From: Bispira polyomma
Taxonomy: Eukaryota
Assembly: GCA_965649765.1 (NCBI GenBank)
Contig: OZ287754.1
Location: 38,316,001 to 38,380,000, forward strand
Direction of reading: 5' to 3'
Length of the DNA: 64,000 bases
Shown here: piece by piece, positions 50,429 to 62,135 of the stretch
Position numbering within the stretch: position 1 is the first letter of the stretch
Layout of the letters: the number at the start of each line of letters is the position of its first letter
Translations under genes and position numbers: made by a program
Notes under the pieces: model-generated
What the model was told of the DNA's origin: nothing
The model's database searches: none
What the model saw: the letters and a program-made list of their open reading frames with translations, nothing else

Positions 50429-50886
50429 TGGTGGCATGACTGTAAGATCTAGTCAGTTTAACATTGCAAGTACCATATTAATTACCTGTAAACTAAATGA
50501 ATTAACTGTGGGCATAAGGTCCCCCTGTATTATTAAAGTACATATTGTACTCATCTAATTAAAGTTGCACTTAAAACCTAAGTCAAACTTTAATTTGTTA
50601 ATCTTCAAAGTCATATTTAAGTTTCAACTTAAATCTAAATTTCTAAATTCAACTTCTTTATTAGTTAGGGTTACTTAAACTCATTCTGGTTTAACCTAAA
50701 GTCCTAAACTCAATTGAGTTAAGGGGACCTTATGCTCACACAAGGTGTATATCATGTCAAAGAACTGTACATAAATATCTTAGTAATAGTAGCTGTAAAT
50801 ATAAAATAAAATATATTTAACCGCAGTATTGTCTTTCTATGACTTGTTCGGTTAATTCAGTTTCTCAGGCTACCCCGAGGAACTGT
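50429..50886 (+). repeat. Split direct repeat B2 (element 3' end)
   Basis: Copy of B1; array sequence resumes at 50887. Confidence 0.95.
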
Positions 50887-50955
50887 CTATGTGTGTATTG
50901 CTAATAACAATTGAATAGACAGTGGAAAATTATATGTTTCAAATGGTAAGATATT

Positions 50956-51029
50956 TGGCTCATGTGGGGATCGAACCCAATACCTTCGCTTTATTAGCAC
51001 GACGCTCTAACCAACTAAGCTAATGAGCC
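50956..51029 (-). pseudogene. tRNA-Ile(AAT) with three private substitutions, next to the retrotransposon
   Basis: Changes in the variable loop, anticodon stem and D stem (cccaaTacc, cgcTtta, actAagc on +). Confidence 0.7.
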
Positions 51030-51555
51030 CTCAATGAGATGAGTATAAAGATCCAATGATGAAAACTTAACTTTTATATGGTTTTTTATTAACTGCTCAG
51101 GCTCAAAATGTGTAGTGTAAAACAAACATGGTTATGAATGATTACAACAGTTCTGCACTTTGCTTTGTCATAGTTCATGCTGTTTGAGGATGGTAAAAAG
51201 TATGCATGCCAACCGAATTAATAAAGCTATTGTACAACATAATCTAAACCCTTATTACCAGTTCACAGGAGTTGATATGTGATGAAAACATTAGAAGATG
51301 TTTACAAAAGCATATTGGTTATTCCTTTATAATATTAGCCATGACATTAGTGCTATTAGATCTATTCACCAACAAAGGAATATTTGCAACAGGAAAATAT
51401 TAATCAGGTATATGTGGAACAGATCAATTGTACGAGTCAATACTAAATAGATTCTAATTCATGCAGACATCATCAAAGGAGTTGTGAATTAGAGAAACCT
51501 GTAGGAGTGGATATCTTTATCCACATTGTTTCTAAATAAAAGCATCTCTGACAGA

Positions 51556-51627
51556 TCCCTGTTGGTCTAGTGGTTAGGATCCGGTGCTCTCACCGCTGTG
51601 GCCGGGGTTCGATTCCCCGACAGGGAG
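51556..51627 (+). tRNA. tRNA-Glu(CTC)
   Basis: Intact B box and T stem; two G-U pairs in the anticodon stem. Confidence 0.75.
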
Positions 51628-52263
51628 AAGTGCTTCTTTTAGGGTAAACTAGTCCAGTGATCAATATTGTTTTTTGACACACTGAGATCATTGAGCTGTG
51701 CAATAAATCAAGTTGCCTTTGTAACAAAAACAAAAGTGTTGATTTGGCCATTATTGTTGACACACACAAAACTGTGGCATGAAGTGTCAATTTAGTGAAT
51801 GATCTCGACATAGAAACTGGAATAAGGAACCTAGATTATATGTCTGCAATGTGAACTTCAGCTGAAATGAATGGGTCAAGGCTGTTTCTGCGTATCAGTT
51901 TGCAGCATTTAAAATTGAAAATTAATTGATAATCATTGAAGTATTTCTGGAAGTAGTAAAGTTGTGCTTTAAGTCATCTGTGAAAAGTTATACAACAAAT
52001 GGCTGATTATTTCAAAATTATCTTTATAACAGTAATAATTGTTTTAGAGTACTTTTACCTAAAGATAGTGGCAGGGAGTTGAATATTGAAGTATCTTACC
52101 TGTAGTCCAGAATTTTGTGAAATTTGTTAATAACATCAGGTCATAAAAGGATCTTTGAATGTTTCAATGATGTGTGAAGCTAGACAATAAGTTTCTATGT
52201 GTGTATTGCTAATAACAATTGAATAGACAGTGGAAAATTGTATGTTTCAAATGGTAAGATATT

Positions 52264-52337
52264 TGGCTCATGTGGGGATTGAACCCAAGACCTTCGCGTT
52301 ATTAGCACGACGCTCTAACCAACTGAGCTAATGAGCC
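52264..52337 (-). tRNA. tRNA-Ile(AAT), TTCAA T-loop variant
   Basis: G57A keeps the purine; otherwise consensus. Confidence 0.8.
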
Positions 52338-52863
52338 CTCAATGAGAGGGGTATAAAGATCCAATGATGAAAACTTAACTTTTATATGGTTTTTTATTAA
52401 CTGCTTAGGCTCAAAATGTGTAGTGTAAAACAAACATGGTTATGAATGATTACAACAGTTCTGCACTTTGCTTTGTCATAGTTCATGCTGTTTGAGGATG
52501 GTAAAAAGTATGCATGCCAACCGAATTAATAAAGCTATTGTACAACATAATCTAAACCCTTATTACCAGTTCACAGGAGTTGATATGTGATGAAGACATA
52601 ACAAGATGTTTACAAAAGCATATTGGTTATTCCTTTATAATATTAGTCATGACATTAGTGCTATTAGATCTATTCACCAACAAAGGAATATTTGCAACAG
52701 GAAAATATTAATCAGGTATATGTGGAACAGATCAATTGTACGAGTCAATACTAAATAGATTCTAATTCATGCAGACATCATCAAAGGAGTTGTGAATTAG
52801 AGAAACCTGTAGGAGTGGATATCTTTATCCACATTGTTTCTAAATAAAAGCATCTCTGACAGA

Positions 52864-52935
52864 TCCCTGTTGGTCTAGTGGTTAGGATCCGGTGCTCTCA
52901 CCGCTGTGGCCGGGGTTCGATTCCCCGACAGGGAG
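52864..52935 (+). tRNA. tRNA-Glu(CTC)
   Basis: Same as the copy at 51556. Confidence 0.75.
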
Positions 52936-53571
52936 AAGTGCTTCTTTTAGGGTAAACTAGTCCAGTGATCAATATTGTTTTTTGACACACTGAGATCATT
53001 GAGCTGTGCAATAAATCAAGTTGCCTTTGTAACAAAAACAAAAGTGTTGATTTGGCCATTATTGTTGACACACACAAAACTGTGGCATGAAGTGTCAATT
53101 TAGTGAATGATCTCGACATAGAAACTGGAATAAGGAACCTAGATTATATGTCTGCAATGTGAACTTCAGCTGAAATGAATGGGTCAAGGCTGTTTCTGCG
53201 TATCAGTTTGCAGCATTTAAAATTGAAAATTAATTGATAATCATTGAAGTATTTCTGGAAGTAGTAAAGTTGTGCTTTAAGTCATCTGTGAAAAGTTATA
53301 CAACAAATGGCTGATTATTTCAAAATTATCTTTATAACAGTAATAATTGTTTTAGAGTACTTTTACCTAAAGATAGTGGCAGGGAGTTGAATATTGAAGT
53401 ATCTTACCTGTAGTCCAGAATTTTGTGAAATTTGTTAATAACATCAGGTCATAAAAGGATCTTTGAATGTTTCAATGATGTGTGAAGCTAGACAATAAGT
53501 TTCTATGTGTGTATTGCTAATAACAATTGAATAGACAGTGGAAAATTGTATGTTTCAAATGGTAAGATATT

Positions 53572-53645
53572 TGGCTCATGTGGGGATTGAACCCAAGACC
53601 TTCGCGTTATTAGCACGACGCTCTAACCAACTGAGCTAATGAGCC
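53572..53645 (-). tRNA. tRNA-Ile(AAT), TTCAA T-loop variant
   Basis: Same as the copy at 52264. Confidence 0.8.
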
Positions 53646-54171
53646 CTCAATGAGAGGGGTATAAAGATCCAATGATGAAAACTTAACTTTTATATGGTTT
53701 TTTATTAACTGCTTAGGCTCAAAATGTGTAGTGTAAAACAAACATGGTTATGAATGATTACAACAGTTCTGCACTTTGCTTTGTCATAGTTCATGCTGTT
53801 TGAGGATGGTAAAAAGTATGCATGCCAACCGAATTAATAAAGCTATTGTACAACATAATCTAAACCCTTATTACCAGTTCACAGGAGTTGATATGTGATG
53901 AAGACATAACAAGATGTTTACAAAAGCATATTGGTTATTCCTTTATAATATTAGCCATGACATTAGTGCTATTAGATCTATTCACCAACAAAGGAATATT
54001 TGCAACAGGAAAATATTAATCAGGTATATGTGGAACAGATCAATTGTACGAGTCAATACTAAATAGATTCTAATTCATGCAGACATCATCAAAGGAGTTG
54101 TGAATTAGAGAAACCTGTAGGAGTGGATATCTTTATCCACATTGTTTCTAAATAAAAGCATCTCTGACAGA

Positions 54172-54243
54172 TCCCTGTTGGTCTAGTGGTTAGGATCCGG
54201 CGCTCTCACCGCCGTGGCCGGGGTTCGATTCCCCGACAGGGAG
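54172..54243 (+). tRNA. tRNA-Glu(CTC), fully paired copy
   Basis: Same as the copy at 43704. Confidence 0.93.
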
Positions 54244-54866
54244 AAGTGCTTCTTTTAGGGTAAACTAGTCCAGTGATCATTATTGTTTTTTGACACACTG
54301 AGATCATTGAGCTGTGCAATAAATCAAGTTGCCTTTGTAACAAAAACAAAAGTGTTGATTTGGCCATTATTGTTGACACACACAAAACTGTGGCATGAAG
54401 TGTCAATTTAGTGAATGATCTCGACATAGAAACTGGAATAAGGAACCTAGATTATATGTCTGCAATGTGAACTTCAGCTGAAATGAATGGGTCAAGGCTG
54501 TTTCTGTGTATAAGTTTGCAGCATTTAAAATTGAAAATTAATTGATAATCATTGAAGTATTTCTGGAAGTAGTAAAGTTGTGCTTTAAGTCATCTGTGAA
54601 AAGTTATACAACAAATGGCTGATTATTTTAAAATTATCTTTATAACAGTAATAATTGTTTTAGAGTACTTTTACCTAAAGATAGTGGCAGGGAGTTGAAT
54701 GTTGAAGTATCTTACCTGTAGTCCAGAATTTTGTGAAATTTGTTAATAACATCAGGTCATCAAAGGATCTTTGAATGTTTCAATGATGTGTGAAGCTAGA
54801 CAATAAGTTTCTATGTGTGTATTGCTAATAACAATTGAAATTATATGTTTCAAATGGTAAGATATT

Positions 54867-54940
54867 TGGCTCATGTGGGGATCGAACCCAAGACCTTCGC
54901 GTTATTAGCACGACGCTCTAACCAACTGAGCTAATGAGCC
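54867..54940 (-). tRNA. tRNA-Ile(AAT)
   Basis: Consensus allele; 13-bp trailer deletion. Confidence 0.85.
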
Positions 54941-55466
54941 CTCAATGAGATGGGTATAAAGATCCAATGATGAAAACTTAACTTTTATATGGTTTTTTAT
55001 TAACTGCTCAGGCTCAAAATGTGTAGTGTAAAACAAACATGGTTATGAATGATTACAACAGTTCTGTACTTTGCTTTGTCATAGTTCATGCTGTTTGAGG
55101 ATGGTAAAAAGTATGCATGCCAACCGAATTAATAAAGCTATTGTACAACATAATCTAAACCCTTATTACCAGTTCACAGGAGTTGATATGTGATGAAGAC
55201 ATAACAAGATGTTTACAAAAGCATATTGGTTATTCCTTTATAATATTAGCCATGACATTAGTGCTATTAGATCTATTCACCAACAAAGGAATATTTGCAA
55301 CAGGAAAATATTAATCAGGTATATGTGGAACAGATCAATTGTACGAGTCAATACTAAATAGATTCTAATTCATGCAGACATCATCAAAGGAGTTGTGAAT
55401 TAGAGAAACCTGTAGGAGTGGATATCTTTATCCACATTGTTTCTAAATAAAAGCATCTCTGACAGA

Positions 55467-55538
55467 TCCCTGTTGGTCTAGTGGTTAGGATCCGGCGCTC
55501 TCACCGCCGTGGCCGGGGTTCGATTCCCCGACAGGGAG
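55467..55538 (+). tRNA. tRNA-Glu(CTC), fully paired copy
   Basis: Same as the copy at 43704. Confidence 0.93.
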
Positions 55539-56161
55539 AAGTGCTTCTTTTAGGGTAAACTAGTCCAGTGATCATTATTGTTTTTTGACACACTGAGATC
55601 ATTGAGCTGTGCAATAAATCAAGTTGCCTTTGTAACAAAAACAAAAGTGTTGATTTGGCCATTATTGTTGACACACACAAAACTGTGGCATGAAGTGTCA
55701 ATTTAGTGAATGATCTCGACATAGAAACTGGAATAAGGAACCTAGATTATATGTCTGCAATGTGAACTTCAGCTGAAATGAATGGGTCAAGGCTGTTTCT
55801 GTGTATAAGTTTGCAGCATTTAAAATTGAAAATTAATTGATAATCATTGAAGTATTTCTGGAAGTAGTAAAGTTGTGCTTTAAGTCATCTGTGAAAAGTT
55901 ATACAACAAATGGCTGATTATTTTAAAATTATCTTTATAACAGTAATAATTGTTTTAGAGTACTTTTACCTAAAGATAGTGGCAGGGAGTTGAATGTTGA
56001 AGTATCTTACCTGTAGTCCAGAATTTTGTGAAATTTGTTAATAACATCAGGTCATCAAAGGATCTTTGAATGTTTCAATGATGTGTGAAGCTAGACAATA
56101 AGTTTCTATGTGTGTATTGCTAATAACAATTGAAATTATATGTTTCAAATGGTAAGATATT

Positions 56162-56235
56162 TGGCTCATGTGGGGATCGAACCCAAGACCTTCGCGTTAT
56201 TAGCACGACGCTCTAACCAACTGAGCTAATGAGCC
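56162..56235 (-). tRNA. tRNA-Ile(AAT)
   Basis: Consensus allele; 13-bp trailer deletion. Confidence 0.85.
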
Positions 56236-56761
56236 CTCAATGAGATGGGTATAAAGATCCAATGATGAAAACTTAACTTTTATATGGTTTTTTATTAACT
56301 GCTCAGGCTCAAAATGTGTAGTGTAAAACAAACATGGTTATGAATGATTACAACAGTTCTGTACTTTGCTTTGTCATAGTTCATGCTGTTTGAGGATGGT
56401 AAAAAGTATGCATGCCAACCGAATTAATAAAGCTATTGTACAACATAATCTAAGCCGTTATTACCAGTTCACAGGAGTTGATATGTGATGAAGACATAAC
56501 AAGATGTTTATAAAAGCATATTGGTTATTCCTTTATAATATTAGCCATGACATTAGTGCTATTAGATCTATTCACCAACAAAGGAATATTTGCAACAGGA
56601 AAATATTAATCAGGTATATGTGGAACAGATCAATTGTACGAGTCAATACTAAATAGATTCTAATTCATGCAGACATCATCAAAGGAGTTGTGAATTAGAG
56701 AAACCTGTAGGAGTGGATATCTTTATCCACATTGTTTCTAAATAAAAGCATCTCTGACAGA

Positions 56762-56833
56762 TCCCTGTTGGTCTAGTGGTTAGGATCCGGCGCTCTCACC
56801 GCCGTGGCCGGGGTTCGATTCCCCGACAGGGAG
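56762..56833 (+). tRNA. tRNA-Glu(CTC), fully paired copy
   Basis: Same as the copy at 43704. Confidence 0.93.
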
Positions 56834-57635
56834 AAGTGCTTCTTTTAGGGTAAACTAGTCCAGTGATCATTATTGTTTTTTGACACACTGAGATCATTGA
56901 GCTGTGCAATAAATCAAGTTGCCTTTGTAACAAAAACAAAAGTGTTGATTTGGCCATTATTGTTGACACACACAAAACTGTGGCATGAAGTGTCAATTTA
57001 GTGAATGATCTCGACATAGAAACTGGAATAAGGAACCTAGATTATATGTCTGCAATGTGAACTTCAGCTGAAATGAATGGGTCAAGGCTGTTTCTGTGTA
57101 TAAGTTTGCAGCATTTAAAATTGAAAATTAATTGATAATCATTGAAGTATTTCTGGAAGTAGTAAAGTTGTGCTTTAAGTCATCTGTGAAAAGCTATACA
57201 ACTAATGGCTGATTATTTTTAAATTATCTTTATAACAGTAATAATTGTTTTAGAGTACTTTTACCTAAAGATAGTGGCAGGGAGTTGAATATTGAAGTAT
57301 CTTTCCTGTAGTCCAGAATTTTGTGAAATTTGTTAATAACATCAGGTCATAAAAGGATCTTTGAATGTTTCAATGATGTGTGAAGCTAGACAATAAGTTT
57401 GTAAGCGAACGCCCTCAGCGTTCGTGGCCTCAGTTCTGGGGGCCCAGCCTGTTCTACTATTATGGGATGGTGTACGACTATATAAGGCTCTCCTTTTCAA
57501 ATTCTTCCGCCTTTATCGTTTCGTCAGCAGAGCAACAACTAGTTTAAAATTCTGTTTGGGTGACATTTTGTTTACATTTTGTTTATGGTGTATGTTTTAT
57601 AATTTACAATATTTTAGTTGAAACACCATCTAGTC

Positions 57636-58706
57636 ATGCCTGTCTATGATTGTAGTCGCTGCTTAACCAAACATGAGCGTCCTGTCGGGCGAAATTGCGT
57701 TATTGCAGAAGTTTCTGACTCTGTCTCTGGGGAGGAGATCGATGCTGCTTCAGCCACTGAACCCGCGAACGGTGAGTCAGGCGATACAGTTACCAACGCT
57801 ATATTACTTCAACTGCACTCGATGAATGAATTAATGGTCAAAATGGACCAGCGGGTTCAGAGGAATGAGGCAGCATTGGCGGCGAACCTTACCAGTAGTC
57901 AGGCAAGTCATCAGGTCCCCGTTCAGGCAAGTAATAGTTTGTTGAATTCTAGTGTTGTCAGGCCTGCTAGTTGCTCTGCTGACGTAGGTAAAAGCCCATC
58001 TATCGCTACGTCCGACAGTATAATTCCTGCCATGGAATTTTTAAACCAGAATGCCCTAATACAGCTCCAAGTGGAGCAGAGATTGAAAGATCTGAAAACG
58101 TTGAATGAAACCACCTCGCAAGGTAAACTGAAATCCCAGCGTAGTGGGGCGAATGAGGTATTGGTAAAGAAGGTCACCGCCTGGCCTCAAAATTATGTGC
58201 TGACGGGTAGTTCGAAGTCTCGGCCTAGCTACGATGAGTTAACCGTGTTGCAATGGGTGTGTGGTTTCGCTCGGATCGCTCACGAAGAAAAGTCGAGCGA
58301 AGTGAAGAATGCCATGCTGGATTACATGGGGGGTCTTATGGAGGACGCCCAGGATTTCTCTTGGGAGTCAGCTAAGGCCTGCCATGCAGTCGTATTGACC
58401 AGCATGGAGATGGATAAGCTAGGTTGGCTAGAGGTAGATAAAATGGATCGAATTCGAAGAGCCCATGCTCAGCGCCATGTGTCGAACAGTAGAAATTCCT
58501 CTGGGGTTAGTGGACGGCTGGGTAACTTTAGTAGCAGTAAATCTGGCGGTCGCAAAGGTGCAATGTCTTGTCGCTTTTATCAGGAAGGAAATTGTAGATT
58601 TCCCAGCTCGCACAATACTGGAGGTCAGTTCTATAGACATCATTGCGAGACGTGCGAGGGCAGCCATAAGACTAGTGAATGTCATAAGAAAGGGGCAAAA
58701 AACTGA
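57636..58706 (+). CDS. gag: Gag-like protein, copy 2
   Basis: Translation identical to copy 1. Confidence 0.85.
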   Translation: MPVYDCSRCLTKHERPVGRNCVIAEVSDSVSGEEIDAASATEPANGESGDTVTNAILLQLHSMNELMVKMDQRVQRNEAALAANLTSSQASHQVPVQASNSLLNSSVVRPASCSADVGKSPSIATSDSIIPAMEFLNQNALIQLQVEQRLKDLKTLNETTSQGKLKSQRSGANEVLVKKVTAWPQNYVLTGSSKSRPSYDELTVLQWVCGFARIAHEEKSSEVKNAMLDYMGGLMEDAQDFSWESAKACHAVVLTSMEMDKLGWLEVDKMDRIRRAHAQRHVSNSRNSSGVSGRLGNFSSSKSGGRKGAMSCRFYQEGNCRFPSSHNTGGQFYRHHCETCEGSHKTSECHKKGAKN

Positions 58707-58726
58707 GGGGCCACTGCGTAGATGCA

Positions 58727-61126
58727 GTGGCTAAAAGGGGTGAGCGAAAAAGTAGGTTTGTTTATAACACTAAGTTTAAGGATGTACAGTTATTTGAGAG
58801 GTCTGTGTGTCAGAAAATGTGTCAATATGTGAAGGGCACCAGACCAGGCTTGAGCTATAGCCAGGCGTTGCAAAAGAATGGCCCCGTTCAAAAGTGTGGG
58901 TGTGTAAATAGAAGTATTAATTATGTACAGGTAAAACAGGCAAGGCTTGACAAGAGTAAGGTGAATGTATTACCTAATAAAAGTGACACCTTGGTGAGGC
59001 CCTTTGGTACCTCTGTGAGCCAATTGACACCCATTGTGAAGCCGGACTTGTGTGCGAAACAAGACAAGGTGAGAACAAAGGAGGTCAATTGTTCGAGATT
59101 GAATGGGGGCGAAGCGCAGCGGGTCAATGGGGGTGTGGCTGACCTCCCTCTTGCTAACAAGTATGCAGCTTTAATGTCGCTGCCGGTCGATGATAGTGTA
59201 AAGATTGAAGAGCCCGTTCGCTTCCTTTCTGTTACTAGTGACAAGCCCATGAACCGAGGCAAGGGGAGGAGTAAAACTGCTTCCGAAGATAGCCCGGAAA
59301 GTTCCGAATGTCCCGATAAATACTCCTGTGCTTTGAAGCAGAAAGTAAATAAGAAAGGCCTGTTAGTTAAGGCTGCCTCAAATCCTACTTACAGAAAATG
59401 GCAAGCTCAAAGTCAATATCCTTATGGATTCACGCCTCTCTCTGCTCTGGGCTGTGAGATTGCAGATCATGGTGGGGGAGGGCCCGAACTTTCCATATTG
59501 GAAATGCATGACTTAATTCGGGCTGATGGGAGACACAATTATGAAGGGTTGCAAATCCCTGTTCCCTCTCAATTAAGACCCGAGAGTTGGAAAAAATACC
59601 TTAAAAATTACTGGGATTGGCAATTGCCTCTCCTCATAAAGTATGGATTTCCCCTAGACGTGGATCATTCAGTAAAACTCGAATCCAGTGAGATTAATCA
59701 TAAGTCGGCGGAGGAACATCCCCAGCATGTAGAAGCTTATATGCGAGAAGAATGTGAGTTAGGAGCCATGTTAGGGCCATTTGTCAAACCTCCTATTCCG
59801 GGCTTGCATTGTTCCCCCCTTATGACGAGACACAAACCGAATTCAATCAACCGGAGAGTAATCGTAGACTTGAGTTGGCCTAAAGGGGGGTCGGTTAATG
59901 CGGGAGCATCTCCGTCATCTTACTTGGGTGTTGAATTTTTATTGTCTTACCCATCTATTGATAATCTCACTAGTGAGGTGGTAAAATTGGGTAGAGGATG
60001 TCAGATATTTAAGGTCGACATAAGTAGGGCTTTCCGTCACGTACCCATTGACCCTGGCGACGTGGACCTCCTAGGTCTAAAGTGGAAGTCCTATTATGTG
60101 GACAGATCTCTGCCGTTCGGATATCGTAATGGTAGCACGATTTTTCAGAGAATTTCGGATGCCGTGCGATTCATAATGCACTCTGAAAATCATAATGTCC
60201 ACAACTACATCGACGATTTTTTGGCTCTTTCGGTTCCCAGCAAAATTCAAAAAACTTTCCTTAGATTGCAAGAATTGCTGCAAGAATTGGGGTTGACAGT
60301 AAGTCAGAAAAAATTGGTTCCTCCCAGCACACAGGTTGTCTGCCTGGGAATAGTAGTGGATACCATTCGAGGTACTACCTCCATCCCGGTTGAAAAATTA
60401 AGTGAAATTAAAGATAAGTGTCAGGAATGGAGATCTAAGAAATTTTGCACTAAGAGAGAGCTCCAGTCTTTACTTGGCTTGTTATTATATATTTCTAAAT
60501 GTGTAAAGTATGCTCGTGTTTTTTTGAATAGGATGCTCGAGTTGTTAAGAGATAATTACGCCAGAAAGTACATTACCATCACCCCTGCATTCAGGCGTGA
60601 CTTAAACTGGTTCACCACTTTTGCAGAACAGTTCAATGGAGTTTCTTTTTTCATGCCTAAGCCCATAACTGGTGAGATTGAATTAGATGCCTGCCTTACT
60701 GGAATGGGGGGTATTTTTGAGAAACAAGTGTACCAAATTAACATTCCTCCAGAAATGAGTGAGCTCAATATTGCTTCTTTGGAGATGCTTAACATCCTGG
60801 TAGCTCTTAAATTGTGGATTCATAAATGGAGAGGTCGTAGAATATTGGTCAGATGTGATAATCAGGCAGTTGTAAGTGTTTTACAGACAGGGCGCACCAG
60901 AGATCCGGACTTAGCCACGTATTCCAGGAACATATACATGTTAGCTAGCAAGTTTAATATTGATATTGTTGTCATACATGTGTTGGGTAAAGAAAATAAA
61001 ATTGCAGATCTGCTGTCAAGATGGACTGAAACTGACGCCAACCATTTGTCGTTATTTAGGTTAGCTGGGGCTGTCCAGTGGCTGCCTGCTTGCCAGAGTT
61101 TATTAAAAGTTAACTCACTTATATAG
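58727..61126 (+). CDS. pol: Reverse transcriptase + RNase H, copy 2
   Basis: Translation identical to copy 1. Confidence 0.95.
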   Translation: MAKRGERKSRFVYNTKFKDVQLFERSVCQKMCQYVKGTRPGLSYSQALQKNGPVQKCGCVNRSINYVQVKQARLDKSKVNVLPNKSDTLVRPFGTSVSQLTPIVKPDLCAKQDKVRTKEVNCSRLNGGEAQRVNGGVADLPLANKYAALMSLPVDDSVKIEEPVRFLSVTSDKPMNRGKGRSKTASEDSPESSECPDKYSCALKQKVNKKGLLVKAASNPTYRKWQAQSQYPYGFTPLSALGCEIADHGGGGPELSILEMHDLIRADGRHNYEGLQIPVPSQLRPESWKKYLKNYWDWQLPLLIKYGFPLDVDHSVKLESSEINHKSAEEHPQHVEAYMREECELGAMLGPFVKPPIPGLHCSPLMTRHKPNSINRRVIVDLSWPKGGSVNAGASPSSYLGVEFLLSYPSIDNLTSEVVKLGRGCQIFKVDISRAFRHVPIDPGDVDLLGLKWKSYYVDRSLPFGYRNGSTIFQRISDAVRFIMHSENHNVHNYIDDFLALSVPSKIQKTFLRLQELLQELGLTVSQKKLVPPSTQVVCLGIVVDTIRGTTSIPVEKLSEIKDKCQEWRSKKFCTKRELQSLLGLLLYISKCVKYARVFLNRMLELLRDNYARKYITITPAFRRDLNWFTTFAEQFNGVSFFMPKPITGEIELDACLTGMGGIFEKQVYQINIPPEMSELNIASLEMLNILVALKLWIHKWRGRRILVRCDNQAVVSVLQTGRTRDPDLATYSRNIYMLASKFNIDIVVIHVLGKENKIADLLSRWTETDANHLSLFRLAGAVQWLPACQSLLKVNSLI

Positions 61127-61160
61127 CACCTGTTAGTCATGTTTTCCAGATATACACCCT

Positions 61161-62135
61161 GTGGGCTTCTCCTTGATGCAGAAAGCTTGTGACAGACTTG
61201 AACTGGCCTTCACCCCTGCCACTAACAGAGCCTATAACAGAATGTTCAGGCTGTTCTTGGCGTTTGGAGCCTTTATGTCTTGGCCTCCTCATAAGGTGAC
61301 TGTGTTATATCTCCTAGCTTATTTAGAGTTCTTAACGTTTAATGGGGTGTCGGCGAGTCTTGTTCTTAATCATCTTTCTGCCATTAAGGCAAAGTGTGTC
61401 CTCTTCCATATATCTGTAGATGCTTTTTCTGATAAAAGAATTACCTATTATAATAAAGCTTTGGCAATGCATAGACCATTGCAAGTCAAACTTAAGTCAA
61501 TTTTCGACCTCCAGTTGCTCAGGTCTCTCATTGTGAAATGTAACAGCACTTACATGGGTCAAATTTTTAAAGCAGTTTATCTTGTCAGTTTCTTTTCGTT
61601 TCTGAGGCTGTCTAACCTCTGTGCTCATTCGGTTGCTGCTTACTCTCCTCTTAAGCAGCTTGCGAGGGCGGATGTCCTTTTCAAGCCAGGGTATGCTGTC
61701 CTCATTGTTAAGTGGTCTAAAACCCTTCAAAACAATAATGCTGTTCGCTTGCTCACCATACCAGCTTTAACCAATTCCATTCTATGTCCGGTTCAAGCTG
61801 TAAAAAACATACTTGCTATTTCTCCCAAAGGGAAAGATCTGCCCTTGTTTCAATTTAAGCAGAATGCCAGTTGGATTCCCCTTACTGATACTAGGGTTCG
61901 CAGGCATCTTAAGAATGTCTTACTAATGCTCGGCCCGCAGTACTCTGGCTTGACCTTTCACGCTTTCAGGCGTTCAGGTGCCACGTTTGCCTTTAACAAT
62001 AATGTCACAATTCAGGACATCCAAAGGCATGGCACCTGGACGTCTGATTGTGTCTGGCGTTACATTTCTGATTCTGCTAATGCTGGTACCCAGGTTGCCG
62101 ATTCCTTCAAAACTATTCTACAAGATACCTACTAG
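61161..62135 (+). CDS. Tyrosine recombinase, copy 2
   Basis: Translation identical to copy 1. Confidence 0.95.
   Translation: MGFSLMQKACDRLELAFTPATNRAYNRMFRLFLAFGAFMSWPPHKVTVLYLLAYLEFLTFNGVSASLVLNHLSAIKAKCVLFHISVDAFSDKRITYYNKALAMHRPLQVKLKSIFDLQLLRSLIVKCNSTYMGQIFKAVYLVSFFSFLRLSNLCAHSVAAYSPLKQLARADVLFKPGYAVLIVKWSKTLQNNNAVRLLTIPALTNSILCPVQAVKNILAISPKGKDLPLFQFKQNASWIPLTDTRVRRHLKNVLLMLGPQYSGLTFHAFRRSGATFAFNNNVTIQDIQRHGTWTSDCVWRYISDSANAGTQVADSFKTILQDTY

Larger units (their letters stand above)
44343..50886 (+). mobile_element. Tyrosine-recombinase retrotransposon (DIRS order, Ngaro/PAT-like, split direct repeats), copy 1, 6544 bp
   Basis: gag, RT/RNase H and YR ORFs; repeats A1 44343-44494, B1 49090-49547, A2 49548-49699, B2 50429-50886. 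Interrupts the array sequence ATAAGTTT|CTATG precisely, with no TSD. No methyltransferase domain seen. Confidence 0.95.

Noticed and set aside
44343-50886. LTR retrotransposon, DIRS1-type element with inverted terminal repeats, or prophage/integron
   Set aside because: No DDE integrase, protease, TG..CA LTRs, PBS or TSD; the terminal repeats are split direct rather than inverted; no methyltransferase; the context is eukaryotic (spliceosomal introns, Pol III tRNA genes without CCA).
12515-57017. 73-aa minus-strand ORF (MSRSFTKLTL...) repeated in every array unit
   Set aside because: Its 3' end is the antisense of tRNA-Glu; its variation follows tRNA CpG decay; the start codon is lost in two units; no recognisable domain. 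Recurrence reflects the tandem repeat only.
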